Source of the DNA: Torpedo marmorata
Taxonomy: Eukaryota
NCBI GenBank assembly: GCA_977017645.1
Contig: OZ360222.1
Coordinates: forward strand, 61,256,001 to 61,320,000
DNA: 64,000 nt
Reading direction: 5' to 3'
The notes under the pieces were generated by a model, which was not told where the DNA came from, ran no database searches, and was given only the letters and a program-made list of their open reading frames with translations. Positions 21,165-33,858 of this stretch are shown in pieces. Numbering within the stretch: position 1 is the first letter of the stretch; every line of letters begins with the position of its first letter. The position numbers and the translations under genes are program-made.

Positions 21165-24153
21165 TATCATAACGCTAAACAGCAGTGGACGTTTCTGGTG
21201 CAGTGGAACTTGAATACTCTGGGTTAGTCTACAATATAAAATCTGCCTTGCACAAACGCGATAATAACGTCAAAAAGTCGAGACCTTCCGGCTTTCGTGA
21301 GTTTGGAATCAAAACTTCAGCCATTTTTTCTTTTGTTCCTGTGTTTCCTGGCGGTAAATCCCTTTTCTGAAATAAAGACATTCGACAATTGAAAAGACGC
21401 TGCGAGTCTTATTAGCTTTTTCTGAATCAAAAATAATGAGAAACATCTTTTGATCAACATCAGAAAAAGACCTTCTATAGATAAGTCTTTTGTTTTTGTT
21501 GACTTTATTTAAGTTCGTTTCTTGCGGCCAGCAAACAAAATATAAACAATTTCGTCCCTCTTCTTGCACTGTTGTTGATGCGTTGGAATATATATTATTA
21601 AGAACTAAACTGGATAAAGATTTGAGTCTTAAAATATTTAAGAAAGCACATTTCAAAGAGTTACAGTCTGCATGTCATAATAAGTTCAAGAAGGAATATA
21701 TTTACAGCAACGAGCCTATTTTAGCAGACTTTGTTGATTTTACAGTGACCGAATTTTACCTAGCACGCCTCATCCCACCTCTCTTGCACAAACATTCCAA
21801 CTCAATTTGTTTTGAGCTTGACAGTTTCCACGGCTCTTCATTTAGAGGGAAGTCATACAGGAATGTTTAAAAATTAGATAAAGCCCTTTCACTCAAATGT
21901 GCCCCCCTCAAATATCTAGTAAGACGTACATCGAATAATTGTCGAATTAATTCATTGATACAATGTAGGATGGGTTCGTGTTTATTTGTGACAATCATTA
22001 TTTATTTTTATATATCTTCATATTGATTTGAATACCACGCAACACTCAAATAGAAAGGCACAATGCAACTCAAATTGAAGTAAACAGTAACCTCAGAGGC
22101 AGTTTAAGACAAAATTTACATTATTTGGCTATGAACATCTAGCTGTGATTTTAAATGCAGATGTACAACTTTTACCAAACATACCAATTTCAGCTAGCGT
22201 ATACTTTGTTCAACAAACCTGCAGACATGTACAAGGTGCATTTGGGTTATTAGCTAAGTCACGCTGAAAAACCTAAATATTATATACGAAGAACAAGCGG
22301 ATCAATAGATTGACAGGAACTATGCTTATATAAGATTATATTAATTTCATTAGAGTTGTTCCCGTCAATTGAGTGACAGTAGCACTTTCTGTTTTATTTC
22401 ACAATATCAGCATCTGCAGTCGTTCAATTTCAATATCCTGGAAACTCCGGAGTTTACATTGGTGCAATAAAGTTCATTTTCCTGCCCATTTGCCACTGTC
22501 CCGCATTTGTATATTTATGTCATTTAATTACAAATGTAATCAAAAGATTTCTGCGATGTTTATTTCTCTGTCAACGACTTAAGTCAGCACAACAATTTAT
22601 AAAGATGGATCACTTGTCCACAATATATCAATGTATTACGTAAGCCATGATCTATCGCGCGTTAAAATCAGGCACTTAACTTGTAAGATAATAACATAAC
22701 CAATCAGACATTATCTGCGGGATACTAATGTAGAAGGAATATTATACAATAATGTAAGCTGTAGCATATTATAGGAGAATAATGAGGGGGGGGGTATTTC
22801 TAAAGGTTGACAGATTAAATGGCGTCATATAAAGAATATTAATATGTGGCAATCATAAACCTTTGCTCATAGTTCGCTTAAGAGTATGGAACAAAAATGG
22901 GAAATTACAGGCCATTGTTTTGGAGAAATACTATTTAATGATTAACTAACGTAACTGGGTTTAATCATCATGTTGTTCTGTTTTGGTGCGATTACTAGTT
23001 TAACAGACGGTAGTGTTGTCTGTAGTTAAATGATCTGAGTAATTCAACATAATGAAAATAAAGCAATTGAATAACAGTTTTCAGCTCAAGATTTCAGTCG
23101 TGTCAGATCCTCCATTTGGTTCCAAAGCTGCTTGGCGTTGGACAAATGAATGCAAATCTTCTCTACGACATGCTGTATATAGTTGTAACAAGGTTTACTG
23201 TCCGCTTCTTTTACTTGCAACCCCTTACAAATGACATGCGCTGTATTGATAAAGTTTACAGATGAAACGTATGCTGGTGAAATCTAAAGAATTCACAGTT
23301 CATTTTTGGAAATTGGGGAAATTTTAAAGAAGTTGTTTACTGTCGATCATTTTATAGCTGCGAATAAAATGTCTATGGTGTCAACGATTCAAGCACAGTC
23401 ATTTTTGACCAGTTGGGTTATCTGAATGCTTATTTTTTTCTCAATTAAGGTGATAGATCGAGAAAAATCCCAGTCACATCCACTCCAAATGGCACCATTT
23501 CCTGGTTAAACTGTGGTCCGTATTCTTTTGCGCATTGTGACTGCAAATTGACGCAAGTGGACCTGTTGCGGTTTTAAAGTTTGGGTGCGTCATTCTGCAC
23601 AGAGACAGAAAAGGTTTGTTGCAGTTTCTTAACCTTGCGATACCGTAAAGGGGTGGGGGTTTCGAACACGCAGAGAAAATATCTAATTAAATGAGTTTTA
23701 AACACGCAGTTTCCCCTTCCGCTGCCTCCCTGTACACTGGTGATAACTGTGATTTGATCTAAGCAAGCATTTTCAATAACCACTCAGCACAGTAATTGCC
23801 AACAAGCTCTTGGTAGAGATGCAGTGGCTTTAAAGCTGCCATTGGCACCGATCAGGGGAATACAGTATATTGTTCTTGTCACGGTGCTGCTGTTCTCTCG
23901 TCTCAGGCTTCAGGCGCCCTTAACAGTATTGATTATGGCAGACAAACCGGGAAAAAGATGAATATGATATTCGACAGACGTTGCTCATTCGTGAATAACA
24001 AGTTCAGTGAATGATGTATTTGTGCCATTATCCTGTAAGTTAATCGAGTAAAATTTATTTTCCGAAATATCAAGATCTATTTATAGCAGAGGGCCGTTGG
24101 GTTTGTGTGTTTGACCCTCAATTATAGCAGCCACGATCAGAAGACACCATACA

Positions 24154-24155
<2 letters not shown>

Positions 24156-24195
<40 letters not shown>

Positions 24196-24215
24196 CGTGC
24201 GCGCGCGCGCGCGCG
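24156..24215. repeat. Compound (TG)n-(GC)8 microsatellite
   Basis: Direct inspection. Confidence 0.95.
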
Positions 24216-27200
24216 AGTATGTGTCTGTTTCTATGTTTGCATGACAGGATTTGTTTGTCTGTGCATCCGACTATGGTCGCAGTGTTTGAGCATTTAGTGT
24301 AGCATATAGTGAGTGTGTGCGTAATACGTGCCCAAGTGTGTGCGTCAGTCTCCACGTGTGTCAGTTTCAGTGCCTGAGTGTATATGTCATGTAAATATTT
24401 ATGTTATGTCTCAGTATCTGAATATATCTGCGTCGGCAGTGTCTGTGTCCCTCTGTCCGTGTGTGTGGCATCTTTCTCGGTGACGGCGTGATGGTCACGC
24501 TTTGTAGTTCTATTCCATTTATCCACGCTTATATTTACAGCCTACTGTCGATGCTGAGCAGGTGTAAGAATAAAGTTATACAGAGGAAACATCTTTCCAC
24601 AAAGGTTGCAAAGCAACTAACTGGACCCAGTTGACTAAATCCATTCTGGAAGAGCTATACATTTAAAACAGAATTAAGCCACTAACACATTCAAGGATGT
24701 GTTCGTGTTAGGAATCACGTCATGAGCTGTGTAACCTGTTGCTTGGTTTGTGGCTTATTCAATATGAATGAATGTCCAAAAGATGGACAGATAAAGTGTA
24801 TAGGTCAGATCAGCCACCACTTGAACTATAAAAGTGGAACGACGTCGCGCCCTCCCATCACTATTCATTTTGCAAAACTTCAAAACTTAGTGACTATCTT
24901 TTATTAATAAATGATAGATACATTGTATGTCAAAGGAATTCGTTCTTTTTTCCCCCCAAATTCATTAAACAAAACAAATGAAAGTGGGTTAGAATTGATT
25001 GTAATGTATCCCTTTATTAAAAATAATTATACAATTTAATTACCGGCAGGGATTCCCCAAAAATATCAATTAATTCTAAATGCGCATGGTGTGAAGCAAG
25101 GATGAGCCGGCGAATCTTGATTCTTTACAGTGCAGCGTAATTCCGAATGAATTAATGTAAAGTGTAAGCATTAAGATTATAGCATTGGGGAGAGGGGTCG
25201 ATTTTTTTGGTGGGGAGGACTCGTTTGTCATTCTCACACGGTATAAAGGGGGCTGTAAACTGGGGAGTTCTATACAGCACATCCCATAATGTCGCTGTTC
25301 TGTGTTTTTTTCATATTTTGATCCTTTCTGGGTTTTTTTAAATCCCTAAATGCATTCTTAAATGAAGGAGAAGCAACGCAACAGGTGAGGAGACGGGCGA
25401 TGAGAATGAGTATAAATGAAAATTGTGACCGAGAAAGGAGAGGAAACGGAAGGAATGAGCACTTGAGAGTTTGCAATGTCTCAGTAAGATTGAGTGTTGC
25501 AAAAAAATGAAATTCTAATGGTGTGTAAGATGAAGAACAAAAGTGTCAGCGGAAAACAATGCGAACCTGTCTGTGAAAGAGAAAAGAAACAGCACTGAAA
25601 GTAAGAGGGCAAGCAAGAGAACAGTGGGGCAAGGGTAGTCCGTGTGCTTAAGAGCGAGGAAGTCAGAAATGGAGAGCGAAAGAATTAGAAAACTGACAAC
25701 AGTCTACACTCTCGTCTAAACGAGCTGTGGCGTAACAAACGGCCAGATTATGTATGATGAAGAGAATTAACAATTGATGGCAAAAATATTAAAATGAAAT
25801 ATTTTCAATAAACCTTAAATATGAAGTAAGTTGGCAGCTGAAGTTTTTTTTTAACAGGGTGATAAGCATCTTAGGTCAATTCCTTCTTGAATGGTTACTT
25901 CGTTGTATCAGCCCTGTTGTCCTTAATTATTTAACTTCTTTACTAACTTAGAAAACGTTAAGCATTTTATACATGAATGAATTATGCATAAATTATGAAT
26001 TCTACACAGATTATTGGTGGACAACAATATAGATTCAAATCAACTTTGTCGCCAGACTCTGACAGCATGGTAACATGTAAAATTAGCACTTCACGAAGTT
26101 CATGGATTTATTGTTATATTACGCCGTGCTCCCTTCAGTGCAACTTTCTTCACATTTAGCTATTACTATACATTTTTATAACAGATTAGATCGCTGTTTA
26201 TTTAGATTACTTTGTATGCGTCCATATGTCTGATGTCGTAATATGTTCGTGATTACGTTTTGCGGGTTTGAATAATCTCGCACCGGCATAATTAACTTGA
26301 TCCATTAACGTCGAAAGGTGGTGAAAGACTTCAAAACGTCAAACTTCAAATATTATTCGTTGGACACATCAGGAACAGCTTTTGATTACATTTGTAATTT
26401 CATTGATGGATGTGATTCCCAGAGTAATCTTATTTCTATAAATTCAAGTTGACGTGTTTTTGTCTCTTTTTGCTGATCTGAAGATACAAAATTTGACTGA
26501 CATTAGCTTTGAATCTTGGACAGTTTCTTGCTGGAGCAGAATTTACAGGTGTTCCGTTTCTGGGAGAAAGGAGGGTTGGAGGGCGCGGGATGGTGAGGGC
26601 CGAGAGCTGGTGCCTTGAGGAGACGGAGCTTCAGAACTCCCATGTTAAGGACAGCGTCCTCTGCAGGTGACTGAGGACATATCTTTCCTGTTAAACCCAA
26701 ACTCCAACCAAAAGAAACTAAATTATACTCTTCCGCAGAGTAACAAGGTTCCTCGCTTGTCAGTAAGCCATTGCTTTTAGCACTTAAAATGCCAGAGCAA
26801 TTATCAGTATATGCACACTTTTTATCAATAAACATTATTAAAATCCAAGTCGATTGCTGTATGAAACGAGAGATTTATAAATTCATCTATCAGTATGACT
26901 GACGTTTTCATACTAAGAACCCCGCAACACATCTATGTGCTTGCCTCTATCCATTCTTCACTCCTCAACACTTACTACCCAGGATTGTTTTAAATGAGAG
27001 AAGCGAAGGCACAAAAATGAAACAGGTACACCCAAAAGGCGTAGAACAATGTCTATCCCATGCCAAAACAACTTACTCTATAAAATCTTAGATGCAGGTG
27101 GCTGATTGGATTTAAAACCAATGATAAAATGTGTAATGCTGTACAATGGGAGGGATGCAGTTTTATTCGCTTACTTCTCGGCGGAATCTGGCCATTAGTT

Positions 27201-28053
27201 TAGTCGCAGGACTGTAATATTAGTGACTGTATCATTAACAGCAATTACTCGGGTAGTTCTAATCAGGGATAACGAGGGAAACTGTAACGTAAATCTTACA
27301 GCATTACTCGGCGATGAAATATCTCCGTGGGTTATTTATCAGACCACTGGAAGTGTGATTCGCATCTATTAATATAAACGGGTAATGTTTAGAAGTTTAA
27401 ATGTATTCTCAACAATCACTTCTGGCAGAGACTGCTGTTCGGTGCGATTCAATAAGTAGTGGCGTTACATTTCAAGTTCAGCATTTAATATAAATTAGGT
27501 TTAAGGAGGACGGACATATTCTAGTGACGGTTGGTCTACTTCAAAGGTGTTAGCATTTTGGAAACACAGTAAGGTATCCGAGAGTTATGATGATTGTGTT
27601 TGTGTGTTGTGTTTATGCGCATGTGCCACGTTCTTGTTTGATATCTGTTACTTGTTCTATATCGCATGATAATAGCACGAGAATTACGTTCTGTGTCTCA
27701 TGTTCAATTTGTGTGCAGCGTGTGTTCGTTGTTGTATGTATTCGTGGTCTTCTCTTGCTTTGTGCTGAGTCTTTATTAAATAGGCCATTCTGCCTAATGT
27801 CCTTGCCTCCACTCTGAAGAGGCGCACCATTGTTTCCATTCCTTTTACCTTTAGACTATTGCCATTTCAATATTTTTCGAATCGTCCTTTCAATAACATT
27901 TTGAATTATCACTCCTCCTATCTCTGAGAAGGCGTTTCATCTCATTACAATCAGCCGTGTACACATATTCCTCGTAATATCTTCTTTCCAGAGTTACTGC
28001 ATTTTGAATATAAATATATTGTATGTATGACCATAATTTAAACATTATGTGGC

Positions 28054-28223
28054 GTAAAACACAAAAGTCTGCAGACACCGTGATTGAAGTAAAAACACAA
28101 TGCTGGAGAAACTCAACGTGTCAAACAGTGTACTTTATATAACAAAGATAAAGATACATAACCAAAGTTTCGAGCATGAGTCCTTCATCAAGGTATGAAC
28201 AAAATGGTGGGGGAGGGGGGAGG
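28054..28223 (-). mobile_element. Solo PLE 3' terminal repeat with a decayed hammerhead motif (28157-28197)
   Basis: Homologous to 13605-13760. Minus strand CATACC-TTGATGA-AGGACTCATGCTC-GAAA-CTTT-GGTTATG, with stems II and III mutated. Confidence 0.85.
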
Positions 28224-28994
28224 TGTTCAGTTTGCGTAGTGTATATTTTTGGTAAGTTGCATGTTTTACTTTTATACACCATTTGTTCGTCAGTATCATG
28301 TAGCACTAAAGATGCTGGTGGTCCATTTTGCCTGTGCCGGCATGCCTTCAATCTTTGCATTAATATTTATACTTTCACCTCACTGACATCTGCGTAAATG
28401 TCTTTCACTGCACGTCTGAACATTAAACTGTTTTATTGAAGTGATCTTTGTCTATGGTCGTTTTGTGAATGCTTTAATCCTAGACTTCGTCGATATTCTA
28501 TTTCTAAGGTGGCCAGAAATGGAAATTATAACATCTGAAGATTTGGGAGTGAAACCATATTCACGAAAAGTTATTGCACCTTTTATTGCATAATATTTAT
28601 TTGTGAAAGTGCATTTTTATTGTTTGATGTACATCTTTTCGTGTTTTTGTGGAACTATCCTTCTGGGTTTAGTTTTTGAATTTCAGTAGTGGTTGCATGA
28701 TTGTAATTATATTAATATATTGGGTTTACTAACTTCCTTGATCAGTGTAAAGTTCCGAGGACAAGGAAGGGACAATGTAAATATTTTTTAAACTTTTTTT
28801 TTAGGTGGCGTTTTCTGTGTGAATATATAGGGCCTCATCATTTACTCCCAACAGGTATGGTGCTACTAAACTAGGGAATGCCAAGGTGTTTCTTGTCAAT
28901 CTACAACCACAGCAACACGTGTATATTATTTGATGGTGCTTGAATATTTTATTTAGGGTAATTCCAACTACTGTATAATGTTATATTTGTCTTA

Positions 28995-29145
28995 GAAACA
29001 TAGAAACATCAAATAATAGTAGCAGGAGAAGGCCTTTCGGTCCTTCGAGGTTGCTCCGCCATTCAATATGATCATGTCGGATCCTCCATCTCAATATTCT
29101 AATTCTCTCCCTGTACACCTTGATGCCTTTTGTGTCCAGAAATAT
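28995..29145 (-). mobile_element. CR1-type 3' tail fragment
   Basis: AGAAACATAGAAACAT tail and GCTCCGCCATTCAATATGATCATG. Confidence 0.65.
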
Positions 29146-29841
29146 GTGTTGCTAAGACTGTTCATTCTGAAAGGAAGGAAAGTGATCTTTCTTCAGCAAT
29201 CCCAATGAAGAAGAACTGAAGCTTTACTGAAGACTATAAGATGTAGCAAATTCATTCTCAACCAGAATGGTCAAAGGACGGGCTGAGAGGAGATGGCGCT
29301 GAATAATGGAGTTGCAATTTTATAAAAATCTTGTGATTCGAAGCAAAAGGCCTATGGACCTCACATACACGTCTGAATGTAGATCCGAATGTATTTACAA
29401 AAAAAATAAAGACATGCATTTATTTGATCAAAGCCTGGATGTCCTATTGGGTGGATCGAGCGTTTGAAGTAGAACTTGAAGTTTGAAGTTGCTACCAATA
29501 AAATGTTTAAAAATACAATTGCAACATTTCTTCAGCGCCATTCTCTCTACGTTCAACACATTCGCCACACTTGTTTCGAATTAACTCGCAACTCGTGGTA
29601 GGTTGTTAACTAAACGATAAATACATTGCTGTTGATACGAATGTGTACATGTTTGGCACAATCATAAATTGGGGATTCCGGCCTTCTTGGAGTATTGCCA
29701 TGGACATATCTGGAGAAAAGATGTTACTACTAGTGGATTGCCTCACGTAAACTCAAACAACCGATGAAACACAAGCTAAACCTTTTGCAAACATCAATCT
29801 CTGGACAGCTGAAGTAGAAGATCAATCAAATGTTCATACAA

Positions 29842-29889
<48 letters not shown>
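29842..29889. repeat. (TATC)n microsatellite
   Basis: Direct inspection. Confidence 0.97.
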
Positions 29890-29969
29890 CTTGGCCACCC
29901 AACCATCGTATGCACCATTGCATTATCTAATCACACCTGGAAATGTCAAGAGAAATTTATATTTTTATC

Positions 29970-30194
29970 AGTAGTAAAACACGAAAATCTGTAGACATCG
30001 TGGTTGAAGTAAAAAAACACAAATGCTGGAGAAACTCAGCAGGTCAAACAGTGTCTTTTATGTAGCAAAGGTAGAAATACATAACCGACGTTTCGGGCTT
30101 GAGCCCTTCCCGAAACGTCGGTTATGTATTTCTACCTTTGCAACATAAAAGACACTGTTTGACCTGCTGAGTTTCTCCAGCATTTTGTGTTTTT
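29970..30194. mobile_element. PLE-derived fold-back element (~87-bp near-perfect inverted repeat) with a ~14-bp TSD
   Basis: Arms 30011-30097 and 30109-30197 differ by one mismatch and one indel, with an 11-nt loop. TTTATATTTTTATC occurs at 29956-29969 and 30195-30208. Confidence 0.88.
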
Positions 30195-30349
30195 TTTATA
30201 TTTTTATCCTTCTGTAATTGAGTTTTTAACGCATGGAAAAGATTAAATATTATTTAACGTAACTTTTCTATGTACATTTACTTACATACGTGGAGATCGA
30301 TGTGGAAATGCAATGTAATTCCAATTAATTATAGTTTTAAATATGAGAA

Positions 30350-30975
30350 ACGTTGCTGCACAAGTGGATATGGTGGTGAAGAAGGCATAAGACATGCTTG
30401 CCTTCTCGCGTAAGGGCGTCCAGTATAAAACTTGGCAAGTCATGTTACAGCTGTGTAACACTTTAGTTAGGCCACATTGGAAGTGCACTTTTTGTGCCGT
30501 TCTGGTCATCATATTTTCAGAAATGGTGGGGGGGGGGGGGTCGGTTGGAGAGGGTGTCGAAGAGGCTCGACATGATGTTGACTAGGTTAGGGAGGAGTAG
30601 CTATGAGGAGAAATTGGACAAATTTGAATTATTTTCGCTGGAGCGTTGGAGGCTGAGATGCATCGACAGGGTAAACAGTCTTTTTCTCAGGATTGAAATG
30701 TCAAATATAAGAAACCATAGCTTTAAGTGAGATTTTGGGAGACTTATTTTTACAAAGATAGTGGTAGGTGCCTGGAAAGCTCTGTCTAGGGACAATGGTG
30801 GAAGCAGATATGATTGTGACGTTCAGGGAGCATTTAGACAGACAAATGAACCCTCAGGGAGTAAAGGGATATGAACCTTGTGCAAGCAGATGGATTAGAT
30901 TGGCATCGCGGTCGGCATAGACATAGTGGGCCGAAAGGCCTTTCTTGGCTTTGCTTTGCTGGATTGTTCTATTGC
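30350..30975 (+). mobile_element. CR1-type LINE 3' fragment
   Basis: KKA..MLAF..G..YK..VMLQL..TLVRPH, YEEKL..LFSLERWRL and a GGGCCGAAAGGCC tail hairpin. Confidence 0.85.
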
Positions 30976-31816
30976 CCTATCATCACAGTTGTATTGCCCT
31001 TTAATCTCGCATAATATTGGCACTTCGTGAAAAACTGGTGAGGTCCACCCGTGCTTTACTCTGGCATAATTAACAGAAATAGTATATCCGCAAAAAGAAC
31101 GCATAGCATTTGATGCTGCGGTTTTGACGGCAAAACTGTAGCAATGTCTTCATTATTTACGCATAATAAACAAAAATATTTTTAAAAACTAGCTACGTTG
31201 CGGATTAATCCTGCGTATAGCTACATATCTCAAAGGATGATTTGTGATGATGATGATGATAATGATGATGTATGGATTGCAGGGCAATCAGGAACATTTG
31301 GGAAATCGCTCCGTGGTGCCAGAACTTGGCTTGTTACTATTTTGTTACAAAATACGCGAACGGAATTTCTTTAGACAATAGTGGATAATACATGGAATGG
31401 ATGGCTACCCACGAAGAGTTCATAAAACAAAGCGGTATATTCGAACAGCAACGGAAGCAGTCATGGGCAGAGAACCTCATTTCACGCATACATCCACCAA
31501 TCACAAAATTCGCAGAACAATAGGGAAAACATGGCCTAGTTGAGCAATAATGTCAATGATGCAAATTTGGACAATTGTTATCGGTAGAGCGAATTGAGTC
31601 TGGATATTATCTTGTTAAGTCCAAGTATGTACAAAATGTGTTGGTGCAAGTCTTTGATTTTCATATCATGCCACCGAAGTGGTATTTGCGCTCACTGCAA
31701 ATGGGCTTAGCACAAGTCCCTGGCATCTGCGGATTGAATCATTGGTATATAGATAATACTACGAAAGAATTCAAGAAGAAATAATATAAGATAAGAGGAC
31801 ATTAGAAAATTATTGT

Positions 31817-32064
31817 AGTAAAATACGAAGGTCTGCAGACACCGTGATTGAAGTAAAAACACAATGCTGGAGAAACTCAGCAGGTCAAAAAGTGTACTTT
31901 ATAGAGCAAAGGTAAAGATACAGAACCAACGTTGGGGGCTTGGTGCCTGCCTACATTTTACTCATACCTTGATGAAGGGCTCAAGCCCGAAACGTTGGTT
32001 ATGTATCTTTACCTTTGCTCCATCAAGTACACCTGCTACGTTTCTCCACCATTGTGTTTTTATG
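31817..32064. mobile_element. Second PLE-derived fold-back element with a 13-bp TSD; the right arm carries a complete hammerhead motif
   Basis: AGAAAATTATTGT at 31804-31816 and AGAAAGTTATTGT at 32065-32077. PLE termini are inverted. Confidence 0.82.
31963..32003 (+). ncRNA. Minimal hammerhead ribozyme motif (variant core)
   Basis: CATACC-TTGATGA-A-GGGC-TCAA-GCCC-GAAA-CGTT-GGTTATG. Confidence 0.7.
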
Positions 32065-32299
32065 AGAAAGTTATTGTTTGGCGACTTGAATTGGCAATGA
32101 ACATTAACATAGAATATTGTGAGGTTAAACGCGTAGTGGTTAAAAATAGAAGCACAATCTACACTTTGGAAAAATAAGAAAAAAATAAGGAACAAGAGGG
32201 AAGGATATGAAGATCCAAAACACATTAAAAACAACGCAATGTAAAATGCGAACACGCTGTAAAATGTTCTTCCAGTCAAGAGAACACAATAGTAGTGAA

Positions 32300-33500
32300 A
32301 TTAATGAAGCTGGACAAATTGTAACCAGTTTTGGACGCCATAAAGGAAGAGATAGAGGGATCTTCGAAAAAAAAATACAAAAGAGACATGTGATGGAAGT
32401 AACGAATGAGCGATCAGAATTTCAGAAAAGGGAAAAATTAGATTTGACCTGATAAAACTCATCAATGTTATAAGTGGAATCCGGGGGCAGTTTGGAAAGA
32501 GCATTCCCACAGTGGGTGGGATCATCTAAAACATCGATAGAAATCACGAATGCATCTTATTGGAACTGGAGCTTTCCTCAGAAAAGGGTGAGAGTGTTCC
32601 TTCACCGTCACAGTAATTGCTTGGGATAAAAAAACTTGCATATTTTAAGAGAAAGTTAAGGAATTACACGAGGGAATGGAGAATAGCCAGACTGCCATGA
32701 ATTAGACCAATTAGGAGGAAAGTCATGTGATGTGGACATTATTGCAAACCATTTCAGCGTTGTATATTGTATGTAAATCTATGAAATGTTGATAATGGCA
32801 ATGAGATGGGATTTTGTTTCGTTTATAAAAATATTTTGCCTGATATTGGAAAGTGATAAGTAGAATTTAATCAAGAGAAGAGAGGTAATGAAATTTTGGG
32901 AAATGGAACTGACCACAGAGATATATAATAAATGGGAGAATATTGAGTAAAGTGTAGGAACAAAGCGACCAGGTGCCCTACTAAGAGTAGCAAGACAGGT
33001 AAATAAGGTGGTTACAGTGCCATGGGGGATGTGTTTCTTTATTAGCCGACCCATAGGATAAAGGCAGGGAGGCAATGCTAGAACAATATACAAATGACTA
33101 CAGCATGTGTCCATGTACATTTCTGGTTACAACATTGCGCAAAGACAGAATGGAACATATTTACAGGGATCCCGAGAGGACTAATCGAGAAATTTGCAAT
33201 TATCAGAAAATCTGGGATTGGTTGCTTTGGAACAGAAAAAGGCTGAGGTAGATTTGGATTTGATTTGAAGTAATTACGAGATTTAGCAGGGAGATGAAGA
33301 TTATTTTTACCAAAATGGTGTATGGAATTCACTCAATGATGCTGGAAGTAAACACACTCATCGTGTTTAAAGAGACCTTGAATATGTCCATGGCCTGCTG
33401 AATCCGGGCACTAGCAATGGAAATTGCCATCAAGTTGAGGAAATCCTTTTCCATCCAGCATGAACATGATGGACCGAGTGGACCCCCTTCCCTGCCATGA
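32300..33500 (+). mobile_element. Highly degraded CR1-type 3' fragments
   Basis: Remnants such as AATAAGGTGGTT, AAAAAGGCTGAGGTAGATTTG, TATGGAATTCACT and ATGATGGACCGAGTGGACC. Confidence 0.55.
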
Positions 33501-33792
33501 TTTTTCTTTAATGCAATAGTTCCATAACTGGTACTATAATTGAAAGAGATATAGTCAAGTAGATAAATAGATGCATGTCAGTCAACTGAAAAGGAAACAT
33601 AGTTCATCTAATCAACAAACTAAAGTGCATAAACATATAACCTTTTAACAAATCAGTCTCTAAACTATTTTCTACATTTGACTTTTGAGTTGGCAATGAC
33701 TTTGACTCAGTTGACAATTGTGGAAAAGGGAGGTGTATTCAGTAAAATTACTGCCAAGCTGAAAACCTTATTTATCTTCGCGTTGCTATATG

Positions 33793-33795
<3 letters not shown>

Positions 33796-33854
<59 letters not shown>
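33796..33854. repeat. (AT)n microsatellite
   Basis: Direct inspection. Confidence 0.97.
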
Positions 33855-33858
<4 letters not shown>

